Positions 27,160 through 38,910 of a stretch of 64,000 bases of DNA are shown piece by piece. This DNA is from Phoronis australis (Eukaryota; Animalia; Phoronida), in contig NMRA01000348.1 of the NCBI GenBank assembly GCA_002633005.1, positions 1 to 64,000 on the forward strand. The letters are read 5' to 3'. A model generated the notes under the pieces. It was not told the DNA's origin. It did no database searches and saw only the letters and a list, made by a program, of their open reading frames with translations. The translations under genes and the position numbers were made by a program. Within the stretch, counting starts at the first letter, position 1; the number at the start of each line of letters is the position of its first letter.

Positions 27160-28446
27160 TTTTTATGCGCCCACATAAATCTATGTGGAAGCATTATGCC
27201 ATCATCTGCGTCCGTCTTGCGTCCGTCCGGCGTCCGACGTCCGGCGTCCGATGCTATATCTCCAAAACCGATTAAGGTTTGTTCATGAAATTTTGCACAT
27301 TTGTTCCTTTCATGAATGAGAAGGCATAAGGGAACTTTCGAACTAATCCGATTACCGGTGTGTCCCCTAGTGGCAATTTTATTTTTTTACGTTTACCTCT
27401 CTCTTTTCTTCAAAAGTCCTTAACGGATTTTTATGAAATTTGGTATGTGGGCACTTATTAGTGAGATGACGCTATCCTCCCGTTTTCGGTTGGATTCGAC
27501 ATAGTTTGCGCCACATAATGGCCATTTTTACTGTTTTCGAGTCTGTTTTTTTGCGTCCACCCCTCTATCAACGAAACCGCTCAAAGTATGATAATGAAAA
27601 TTGGCATGTATGTGTTTACTTTAAAGAGGACAGTTGACGATGAGTTTCCGACGATTTCGACTACTGCAGCGCCTCCTAGTGGCAGTTTTTTGCGCCTATG
27701 GCTGTATCTCCTAAACCGTTCGCAGAATCTTTACTTATATTAGCAACTGTATTTATATGATGTTGACTACGGATGACGACGACTTTCGGACAGATCTGAC
27801 TACTCCTGTGCCCCCTAATGGCAATTTTAGTTTTTTACTTCTAACTCTGTATCTTCAAAGGTCCTCAACAGATTTTCATGAAATTTTAACTATAGGCATC
27901 TATTGGTGTGATGACCCTATCTGCCTGCTTTTGGATGGAATCGAAGTATTTTGCACATTGTGGCCATTTTTGCTGTTTTCAAATCTTGTTTTTGGCGTCC
28001 GCCACTGTATCAACCAAATCATTTGAAAATTGGCATATATGTTCTCAGTGTGAAGACGACCTTTGATGATGGTGACTGACTACTGTGGCGCATCCTAGTG
28101 TTAGTTATGTTTTGCGCCTATAGTTATATCTCCTAAACCCACTGCAGGATCTTTACTAAATTTAGTAAGTCCATTTATATGAAGATAACAGACGACGACG
28201 ACTTTCTGGCGGATCCAACGGACACTGTGCTCACTAGTGGCAATTTCATTTTATTCTGTTTTCCTTTGTTTCTCTGAAGTTCCTTGACAGATTATTATGA
28301 AATATGGCATGTTCCTGTTTTTGGATGGATTGTATGTTTTGGCGCCATCTAGTGGCCATTTTTATGATACAAAAAAAACAACCCTAAAAGCACACCATTT
28401 GCAATGCATTCGTGGGTGCATTTCAACGCTCCGCCTTGCTCTTGTT
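27160..28446 (+). mobile_element. HINE/DINE-1-like element, copy 2
   Basis: Same architecture and collinear with 24485-25636, with one extra ~140-bp segment (~28087-28227). Confidence 0.8.
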
Positions 28447-28609
28447 GAAGTTTCGGTTTGCAGACCTCTAGCTCATTGGTCCTTTGACGAATATTGCCGA
28501 ATTCTTGATAAGCTGATAGGTCTCATCAAGGGCTATATTCAATAACTCTAAGGGCCTTGGCAGGCAGAGACACGTGTAGTTAAGACACCTCTAAATATTG
28601 TTACGTTAC

Positions 28610-28714
28610 CCGCCATGTAAGTCCAGAGGATACCAGTGGCAATAAAAACTCTCTTATGCGACATAAGCTGCGGGTACTTGTACGGGAATAAGACGGCTAT
28701 GAAGCGATTGACAG
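28610..28714 (-). CDS. Class A GPCR copy B, exon 3 (end of TM3, ICL2, TM4; 105 nt)
   Basis: Acceptor cacttttcgttacag|CT and donor GCGG|gtaacg. Encodes (A)VNRFIAVLFPYKYPQLMSHKRVFIATGILWTYMA, i.e. a DRY-equivalent NRF, the P-x-x-Y ICL2 motif and W4.50. Confidence 0.92.
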
Positions 28715-30142
28715 CTGTAACGAAAAGTGAAGACGAATTAGCTACAGAAAATTGGAAGAACTAAAAGGAATGGACAACAAGAAATATTTTTCAACTAGTG
28801 AAAACTAAATGTACCAACGCTAAACATTAATCATCTACATGTCTGATGCGAGTGACCATTTTTACGAACAGAACTCATACGTATCGGGTACCGGGTATGA
28901 TCCAGTCAGTCCAGGAACTCATGATTTGTTGTACCCTCTGACACAGCGCCACCTACATGTATACTGAAAAGTGGCCCTGTGGAAATATGATGAACAACAC
29001 ACGGAATTCCGTGCGTGGGCATCAATGCGCATGCTTGGTCGCAAGTTTACAGATCACATCGCAACCACTTGCTCACGCCTTCTATGAACTGAACTTGTTT
29101 GGGCTTACGCCACTGGATCAGGGTTTCCTTGATTTTGTTTACTTCGATTACTACCCGTTTTTATAAATTACAACTATTCAAGTCAAAGGTGGTCACCATA
29201 CTACGTAACAGTAAACTGAAAGGGGTTTCCCAGATTTCAACCAATGGGAGTGACTGAATGTTATGACGTCAGTCATTACTTTAACCAATGAAAAGCCATG
29301 TTTAACAACTTGCACTAGTGCTACCTTGTTGTGGTTATTAGCACGTGTCTGTTCTGTAGACGCAATACGCTCGCGCAACTCTAGCGCTAATAGGATTTGC
29401 ACGCGTGGACGAGAAAGCGTGCACTGTTCACCTAAGACTATCCAGCGAATTCCTCGGCACATCGCTGAAGTGGGCTAATCGCTATGCATGGGCTTGGCCA
29501 AATGTCTACTGGATGAGATGATTGCTGCCGCAAACCAATACGCCTGTTTAGCGTACGAGTTTGAAAATCAGAAAGGAACAATAAGTAAGGCAAACGACCA
29601 GCTTGACTTTTTGAAATTGAAAAGAAAATAGAGAAATTAGCGAACAGGTTTTCTTCATCAGCGGAGCATTGTTTGTGAATCGATCATAAACAATATCGAG
29701 GATTTTCTTATTATGCAGTATGACGTTAACTAGCCTTACTGTAAGGTTGCGCGATATTGAATATAGCTAAACTTACAGGTTTCATATTTCTAAGAACAAA
29801 ACTCACAATCTCTATCAGTAATTAACTCGCGAGAGTTGAATGGCACGCAAGCTAATCTCTTTTGTATCTACGTGTATATATGAATATTTAGCCGCTTGAA
29901 CCAAAGATAGATCCGACCTCTAAAAGTCGTATATCATAAATGTACAAAGTACGAATCAGAGATAGGACGGCAAATTTCAAAGTTGAGTTTTAACAACGCA
30001 AGAATCACGCGAGGAAGTTGTCATGGTCACGTGGTGATCGTTTGCAATGGATGGTGAGGACTCGCAAGGTCTTGCGTGATCCTGCATTTTCACGAGGTGT
30101 CCACGTCTACGGAACGTACGCTAATTGGGCCGTCGTCTCTGA

Positions 30143-30420
30143 CTAAAGGGTAACAAAGTGAGTTGGTTTGGAAATCCCACATGTAAGGTTAATCATCCGG
30201 CAAAAAACCCTACCTGGAGTAATAACCGAACAAGCAAAATTAAAGATACCGATAAGAAACTGGATCTCGGCGAGTGTAACCTTGCGGCGTTTCTTGAAAG
30301 ATGACAAAAACAATCTACACTTGACAAGTTTTTCCTGAGGCAGAGATGCAATCATATATACCGAATTGAGGTGAGTACCAAATATGGTAATTTCAGTGGA
30401 CGGAGAACACTCTTTTCGTT
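30143..30420 (-). mobile_element. DIRS-type retrotransposon RT/RNase H fragment
   Basis: EITIFGTHLNSVYMIASLPQEKLVKC...KVTLAEIQFLIGIFNFACSVITPGRVF, characteristic of DIRS/Ngaro pol. The relic may extend to ~30950. Confidence 0.8.
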
Positions 30421-31971
30421 CTTGACAGGGACGCCGAGACTCGCACACACTGGAAGAAAGGTATTGAGATCGGATTTGCATTTGGGAGAGATAGTAGGGC
30501 CTACAAAGAAAAATCACTGAGAGGGTGAGATGTGCCAAAGGCGGACAATTTATTTTCGAGGGTCCACTGCAGCGACGAGCTAAACGTTTCGAAGATTTGA
30601 GAAAAAAAACTAAGAACCGGAACTCCTCAGGTACTCTGGTATAATTCTGAAAACTTAAGCAAACATGACACTGGGAATGGTGACAGAACTTCGACAACTG
30701 GTTGCTCTGTTAATTAATGTAGAACATGTCAGCCAGTTCGAACACGGTGGATCATCCATTGTGTTGAAAGTGACACTAGAAACGTAGTGAGGAAGCGCAA
30801 TCATGGGCCAACATAAATTTATCCACGTCATTCAGTGGATCTAGATTCTCCCAGGTTGGAGTCTCGCCAAAAATCGTCGTTGCCCCTCGCGAAATCAAAG
30901 ATCCACCAATGTCACCCTCAGGCATCCTAACAGTTGCCTACGTCTGGTGCTCAGGGGTAGCTTTTATGTTTGGAAATAAAGCCCGGCGGCATTGAAACGC
31001 ACTCTTATTGATCAGGACTATAGGGATCAAGGGACATTTTTCAAAACTACTTTTCAAATAAAGAAAATTAAAATTAGGATCATAGTTATTCAAGTTGAAT
31101 TAACCCTAGCATACTCGAAAGGTCTCCAGCGTACTATAAGTTTGCATGACACCTGTAGGTCTCTACACGTTAAAACGTACAGTAGGCCTACGTGTGAAAT
31201 CAACACGTGGCAAAATCCCTGTGTGGAGACCTCTACCGGGCATTTGAATTCGGCATGAGTGATACGAACTGTCGCGAGAAAGACTTGAAAATTCAACAAA
31301 ATGTCATTGTTCATGGCTACAGAAGCATTGGCACATGCATGTTCAGCGTACTTGTCGTCACTTTATTAACTTAAGTGACACTAATAGGAATTGTTGCTTA
31401 GTGCTAGCAGCAGAATTTATTGATTGTATTTTGAAAATATGAACTTCGATGTCATCTGACGTCATGTCTGTTTATCCGCTTTTTATTTATGTTTGAGTAT
31501 CGATGTGCATGTACATGCATAGACTGCATACACACCGTTTTCAGTTGGTGTTACCGATTTATATGATACTCACCTTCAAAATTATTGTACTAACACGACA
31601 GGAAGCCATTTTTAAATGTGCATTTCGCCACTGTTTAATTGTCGATTTTGATTTGGTTTTGTGTTTTAAAACATTGCCACGATCATCCGAATTTGAATCG
31701 TTGCCGAATGAAGCGGCAACTAAAGTCACAGACAGTGAGCCCGCTTTGAATTTTCAATTTCAGGATTGAAGCGTTTATTTGAGTCGTTAACTGTTTCGAT
31801 GTTGTCATTGGTATCTGGAATCTAATCCTCTCCCGGTAAGGAATTTTATGAGACCTCTTTTGTGAGAGTAAAATGTTTGATTCAATTTGCGTTTTTATCA
31901 AGCTAAACAAGGCGAAATTCAGCACTAAATATGCCACGAAGGCATACATATACTACAGTGTATGTACTAAC

Positions 31972-32064
31972 CAATTAAGAGAAGAGAGCCGCGAGACATA
32001 CTGAGTGGTACGGTTGTACAGATGAGGCTGATCAGGCAGAAATTCTTTGAAGGTGGAACAACTC
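31972..32064 (-). CDS. Class A GPCR copy B, exon 2 (ECL1 + TM3, 93 nt)
   Basis: Acceptor tatttttatttcag|GA and donor ATTG|gttagt. Encodes (G)VVPPSKNFCLISLICTTVPLSMSRGSLLLI. After splicing, C3.25 lies exactly 25 residues before R3.50. Too short for the ORF track. Confidence 0.9.
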
Positions 32065-33019
32065 CTGAAATAAAAATATAGAATTCTGTTTGAAGAGGGA
32101 CCGTAGAATGCTAGGTCGGGGGAACATGTGCCCTCTAATATCTGGCAGCGCCAGAAGCAAAACCTTGGCGAAAGGGAGTGCGAAATTTGGCGATGACAGC
32201 TTCCGACTCGTTAGCAGGCAATTAGAATAATCAACTGTGTGGCTTAGTGGTTTGAGGTCCGGAATCCTGCTTGAGAGACCTAGATCGATTCATGGCTCTA
32301 ATGGCTGACAATCGAGCATTGTACAAAGGTGTCTCTTTCTCTTCTGAGCTGAATAAAACGCGAAAGCGATTTTGGGGCTGTACTAATCTTTAAGAAAAAA
32401 ATAATAATTATCTGAGTTCTGGTCTCAAAATTGTGGACATTTGAATTGAGAGTGAACTTTCGAAGGTGGCGAACCTTCGGAGAATTGAACCTTCGGAGTA
32501 GTGGCAGGACCTTCGGCCGTAGTAGCGAACCTTCGGAATAGTGACATGTATACTTAGAAACTTAATCCCATCTGAAGTTAGTTGGTCGTATGAAGACTGT
32601 GAGGCTGTTCACCATTGACGCAATTGACAACAAAAGTCCTTCTTCATTGACCATAGTTTTTATTAGGTCTAGGCCTACTTTTCCCCCAAAATGTGAACAA
32701 ACTCGTTGGAGTAATATCAGCGCAAGAAAACACAGTTATAGTAAAATGTCAGGTTTTTTAGCACCGACGGAGGGCTGCCTATAGTGAACTTACCGTCGCC
32801 TTGTAGCAAATTAAAAGACCGAAAACGCACACACGTGCACACGCTTGCTTGTCACTCCACCAATCCACAATCGAAGTGGACACTGGATGAACAACGTGCA
32901 TGTTTTTAACGAACGCTTTCAATTCAAATTGCCTACACTTCACCGTACCATGCTGGTAAGCAATACCAGGTAACAATCCAGGCTTTGAGCTATTATGTTT
33001 CTCAATTGGTTGATTTTAA

Positions 33020-35700
33020 GAGTCACTGCACGAGAACGTCAGGCAAATTGCAATATTATGGGAACATGACATGTCACGAATTCTAAATTTGATATAGTAT
33101 ATAAATATATATATATCACTTGGGGTGAATTAGTTACAAAAATATAAAAATCAGTTTTGTCTTTCGTAACTTTGTAAATATATAACGAATAACTAAATCG
33201 GGTGGAAAAAGGGCCTAACCCCTTTTGCGCGACTGTTGAAAATGTCCTATGTTTCCATGGGAATTAAACCACTTTGCAGGCGTTTAAAAAATAAAAAATG
33301 ATTGAGTTTTACAAAACTATCCTTTTTGTAATTGAGAATGCCAAAAATGTTTCTGGATAACGTATTTTGATATTTTAAGGAACTTTTGAATGCCTTGCCT
33401 CCACGGGCCAAAAACAGCTACCAATTTAGACCTATATAGAGGCCTATGTAATTCAAGCGCGCAAAAACGCACACCACCCACACACCGGTTCTGTGATAGC
33501 TACAGCTCTCGTCTTTGACAAGATATCGTTATTTCCGTGGACAGCACCTTTTTTAATTCTCGAATTTATACTTTAGCGGAGGCACTTTCACCACTTTCAC
33601 CTGTTTCATACTGCCACCAGTAGAGTGCGGCAAAGCCGAAAATATGAAAAATATGATCTAAATTGGAAGTAAATCGTAATAAAAAAATCATATTAAATTT
33701 TATTCAATATAACCAGAATTGCTTCGAGCGTTCTTTTAGCGAAGTATTGCGTTATTGACATTTAGCTAAGAAACGGAATGAGGTTCAGGAAAATAGGTCA
33801 CGCTCTGAAGGAAAATGGCAAAGCCAGCGAGCCGCTGTGTTACTTACAACAAATATATTGACAAATACCCGAAAAGTGTCAACGCACTAGATCACTTGGA
33901 AGAATGGGAGTTGATTGGTAATCTGGCACGACTGGGAGTGTGAGAGACAAAGGAACTGGCCAGCCTGTTAGAACAAAAGGTCATCTGTCCAAAGCACCGT
34001 ATGTGGCAGTATCCAGGTTGTAAGCCAAGGTGTACGTTTGCAGCCTCGCGAATGCATAGGGTGTTCACCACTCAATCCCAGGACTACGTCAACTTTATAA
34101 CTTCTCATTTGAAGGTGAGCTACGTAACAATGCATAGCATGGGCTGTATACAATTACATAGACTACTTTTTTCTCAGAAATCTCACCGTGATTAGTCATA
34201 CCATCTGAGAGTTTCAGGTGTGTACGTGGTCTGAAACACTAGTTAAATATTTGATGGAATGGAATATTCTTTCATAGCTTGATTTTTAAAAAGGACTTGT
34301 GTTCCAATGCTTACAACTAAGTTACCTATTTCAACAAGAAAAGTGGTTGCTTGGAAAGCATATGGGATCGGAGATGGGGTGGTTTTGGAGAATTCTGCTT
34401 CTGATTGCAAACCAGTTGAACTAGTGGTTGAGGAATGTCATATGTTGCATTCTCATTGAGACCTTTCACTAGTTTCATCAATAGGAAGACGAAGATATTC
34501 CGGTGTACAAAAGATGGCTGTAACAACACTTTTGCCTCTCAAAACAAACTCAATCAGCAAGTTAGCATGGGCTGGTATGATAAACAGCCAACAGCACTTG
34601 AAGATCATCGCTGACGTGGGAAGAAAGTGGGCTGCCAAAGTCAATGGTATAGAAGGTGAAGTTCATGATCAAACAGCATGCTCGTTGAACTCAATTTGGC
34701 ATCACAAATCCATAAGTTTGACGTATAACCTTTGCTGTGCAATTTAGTCACTGACTGTTCCTAGTTAACTTAATAGTCAACATGGAAATACACTGTGTAA
34801 TGTTCTATATTACAACCCAACAAAAAGTGAAGCTGTTGTGGAGCATGCTACTCAACAGCCTATGCAGACATGACTTGGACGTTCCCACAAATTTAGGCTG
34901 GATTTTTTTGACGTGGATAATTGTATCAATCAGACCGCTCAAACAGCACAATTCTCTCACTTATGACCACAACATTTGGATTTTGTAAACTCATTTTGTG
35001 AATTAACAAAACATGGCTACCCATCCAATAAGCATGGCTCCTGGTGTTGCATCCAGCTTTGTTACCTTTAAACACTCCTCACACACTCTTCCCTGAGTCA
35101 TGCACATGATTCTTAGTCACATGAGTTTTTGAACTGATTATTGGTTTCAAAAGCTGTGTTTGATTTGTGTGAACAGGGATCAGCTTGCAATTAGGTGTGT
35201 GAGGGGTGTTTACGAGTGTTTGGCAGTTGTTGTTCTGGTAGCCTGTCAATGGACTAAATAACATATACTATCTTATTGAGTTTTACATTTGCAGGTGTAC
35301 AAATGCAGGTAGCAAGTACCCAAACAGCAGGAGAGTCATACAGCACAATGGGATGGGCTCTGATGTCAGCATAAAGGTCTGAAATAATGACTGAAAGCGT
35401 AAAGGTGTGTTTGACTGATGCGTTCAACGAAGGCATGAGAACTGGTCAAAAAAGCGATCCTGTGAGGTGTTCTCAACAAACGAGAACTGCAGGACACAAT
35501 CATAGAACAGCTGTTTGAATATCTTGATCAGTATCCATGTAGATGGTAATCATCAGTGTTACTGTATTCTTGTTGTGCATCTTAGGGTGTGTCTATTGCT
35601 ATGAAGTAATGTTACTAGTTAGTTTGATTCCATGATATTTTCTGTGAATTTTTTCTCACGACAAGAGTGCTCCTTTAACTGTCATTTCCGGGTTATTTGT
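33020..35700 (+). mobile_element. Degenerate DNA transposon, Sola3-like transposase relic
   Basis: TTAA|GAG end at 33016-33022, where homology to unit A stops. Peptide relics ICPKHR (~33985), AWKAYGIGDG (~34350), MGWAL (~35348) and AFNEGMRTGQKSDP (~35420). Family assigned from memory; right end not found. Confidence 0.5.
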
Positions 35701-36600
35701 ATACAGTAATATACAGTACAAGCCAAACGTATCCTGACAAAATGACCTGGAATTCCTTGCCATTACAGCTGGGCAAAAGTAGAATTCGTGGTCAAAGTGG
35801 TCTTCCTTTGTGACCGACAATGAAGGGAAACAGGAAAGTTAGTATGGTGGCTAAGACATTCTGTAATTAGCTGTGGTAATAGCTATTACCAGTAATTTTT
35901 TCATTAACAGGACTCGGCAAAGATTTATATTGTCTGATTACTTTTGCCTTGTTCTGTATGACTGTTTGCAAGCATGCGTGTGTAGACCCATTATGCTGTC
36001 ATCCCGGTCTTTTTGTCTGGCATCTGCTGCTTCATCTCCAAATCCTTAGTGAATGCGAAATGGACCAGAAGACTCGCGACCAAACCACAGCGCCCGCCAG
36101 AACGGCCCTTATAAGCGTCAAACAATTTTTCGGAAAACGAGTTGATCGTTTTTTTTTTAAATAAACACATATGTATATCAAAAAACACAAAAAAATCAGA
36201 AAACCCAACTGGGAATCGAACCACAGGTCTCTATATTGCCGGTCTAGTGGTTCCTGATTTTTCCCGTTTGAATTATTTTACTGCAGCCCAACCTCAGCGT
36301 CTATATATTTACAGTATATGCACACTGTCTGTTTGATGCGCCAGACAGTTATGTAATGCACCATCCAAATTCAAGTTACAAGCTTATGGAGTGTAATTGC
36401 ATGACCAGGCATGGCAGATGATGTAAAAACGCTGCACGTCGATTCACCTGAATATAAAGGTTACGGTACCACATTACACGAGTTAGTGTTTTGATGGTAG
36501 ATAATAGCATCAAGTTTATCTACTGGCTTTCATCTTTGACGTTCTGTCGTACAATTTTCTCAATAACACGTTATCAAAATATTGTAATGAAAAAAAAAAN

Positions 36601-37937
36601 AGTCAATGGTATAGAAGGTGAAGTTCATGATCAAACAGCATGCTCGTTGAACTCAATTTGGCATCACAAATCCATAAGTTTGACATATAACCTTTGCTGT
36701 GCAATTTAGTCACTGACTGTTCCTAGTTGACTTAATAGTCAACATGGAAATACACTGTGTAATGTTCTATATTACAACCCAACAAAAAGTGAAGCTGTTG
36801 TGGAGCATGCTACTCAACAGCCTATGCAGACATGACTTGGACGTTCCCACAATTTTAGGCTGGATTTTTTGACGTGGATTATTTTATCAATCAGACCACT
36901 CATTCAGCACAATTCTCTCACTTATGACCACAACATTTTGATTTTGTAAGCTCATTTTGTGAATTCACAAAGCATGGCTAACCATCGATCCAAAACGCAT
37001 GGCTCCTGGTGTTGCATCCTGCTTTGTTACCTTTAAACACTCCTCACACACTCTTTCCTGAGTCATGCACATGATTCTTAGTCACGTGAGATTTTGAACT
37101 GATTGTTGGTTGCAAAAGCTGTGTTTGATTTGTGTGAACAGGGATCAGCTTACAATTAGGTGTGTGAGTGGTGTTTACGAGTGTTTGGCAATTGTTGTTC
37201 TGATAGCCTGCCAATGGACTAGATAACATATACTATCTTATTGAGTTTTACATTTGCAGGTGTACAAATGCAGGCAGCTGGTACCCAAACAGCAGGAGAG
37301 TCATACAGCACAATGGGATGGGATCTGAAGTCAGCATAAAGTCTGAAAAAATGACTGAAAGCGTAAAGATGTTTTTGACTGATGCGTTCAACGAAGGCAT
37401 GAAAACTGGTCAAAAAAGCGATCCTGTAAGGTGTTCTCAACAAACGAGAACTGCAGGACACAATCATAGAACAGCTGTTTGAATATCTTGAGCAGTATCC
37501 ATGTAGATCGTAATCATCAGTGTTACTGTATTCTTGTTGTGCATCTTATGGTGTGTCTATTGCTATGAAGTAATGTTACTAGTTAGTTTGATTCCATGAT
37601 ATTTTCTGTGATTTTTTTCTCACGCCAAGAATGTTCCTTTAACTGTCATTTCCGGGTTATTTGTATACAGTAATATACAGTACAAGCAAAACGTATCCTG
37701 ATAAAATGACCTGGAATTCCTTGCCATGACAGCTGGGGCAAAAGTAGAATTCGTGGTCAAAGTGGTCTTCCTTTGTGACCGAAAATGAAGGGAAACAGGA
37801 AAGTTAGTATGGTGGCTGATTACTTTTGCCTTGTTCTGTATGACTGTTTGCAAGCATGCTTGTGTAGACCCATTATGCTGTCATCCCGGTCTTTTTGTCT
37901 GGCATCTGCTGCTTCATCTCCAAATCCTTAGTGAATG
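36601..37937 (+). repeat. Near-identical second copy of 34640-36056, starting right after a single N
   Basis: Direct repeat; 36058-36599 also recurs at 40875-41412. Confidence 0.9.
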
Positions 37938-37989
37938 TGAAATTTTACAAATGAGATGACACAAGAAAATTTTGGGATATATTTAACTA

Positions 37990-38910
37990 CCACTGGGCCC
38001 CTAGTGGCAACTTCACTTCTTCATGTTAGTCTCTTTATCGAGCAAGTTTCTTGACTGATTTTTCATCAAATTTCGCAAATAAGTTTCAGTTAAGGAGACG
38101 GCCACATTTTCCTACTTCCTGGCGTACCTATGTAATCTGTACAGAAATGTTGCCATTGAGATAAGCACGACGGACACTGATTGTTGATTGGACGATCTCC
38201 TATGGTGCCCTTTAATGGCAGTGCTGTAGGGGTAAAATTAAAGGTAAGTAGGCGCCCAAAGCCCACCGTATCACCTTGAGCACTAAACGTAACTTATGGT
38301 GCGTAGGCACTACGTTCAAATGCCAAAAGGTGGTTGGTTGCGCCTACCTGTGCCTACGCGCCACTACAGCACTGCTTAATGGCAATTTAGGTTTTCTTTA
38401 TGTATGCCTCTATATTTACCAAGTTTCTTGATGCATTTTCGTGCAATATAGTATATTTGTTTCTGTTGAGGAAACGAGAACAAACTGCTATTTTCGGCTG
38501 GATTTAAATTATTCTGTGCCACTAAAGATTATCATTTCTGGCTGCAGCCTCTCTGTCATTGAAATTGCTTGGAGGATAGTTCTTAAATTTTGCTCATGTG
38601 TTCCTATGGAGATGATCACGACTGACAGGTTTTCTGATGGGTGCAATCAATGAGGCGCCCGGAGTGGCAATTTGTTTGTTTATCTGCACCGCAATATTTA
38701 CAAAGTTGTGTTGATGAATCTGGGTGCAATATTATGTATGTGTTACATTATTGAGGAGAGTATGCCCGGCATAAATTTTAGAACGTCAGTGCTGTGGTGT
38801 CCTCGAGCGGTTCTGTATCAACCAAGTATTTTGATGTATGGAATTTAGCAAGAATGTGACAGCGATTGTCTTGTTTCAGACGAATATAATGTATGCTGCA
38901 CCACCTAGAG
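37990..38910 (+). repeat. Old HINE-type core-repeat array
   Basis: Degenerate ~120-bp units with GCCCCTAGTGGCAA-like motifs. Confidence 0.55.
38219..38374. mobile_element. 156-bp hAT-type MITE
   Basis: TIRs CAGTGCTGTAG/CTACAGCACTG; 8-bp TSD TTTAATGG/CTTAATGG. Confidence 0.8.

Noticed and set aside
28715-28760. Alternative upstream acceptor (ttccttttag at 28761) with an open frame into exon 3
   Set aside because: It is phase-incompatible with the phase-1 donor of exon 2 and breaks the C3.25-R3.50 spacing.
36195-36260. tRNA gene (minus-strand GGTTCGATTCCC; also ~41017-41075, 2008-2075, 24138-24212)
   Set aside because: Only Pol III box remnants are present; acceptor and anticodon stems do not pair. 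Best seen as tRNA-derived repeats.
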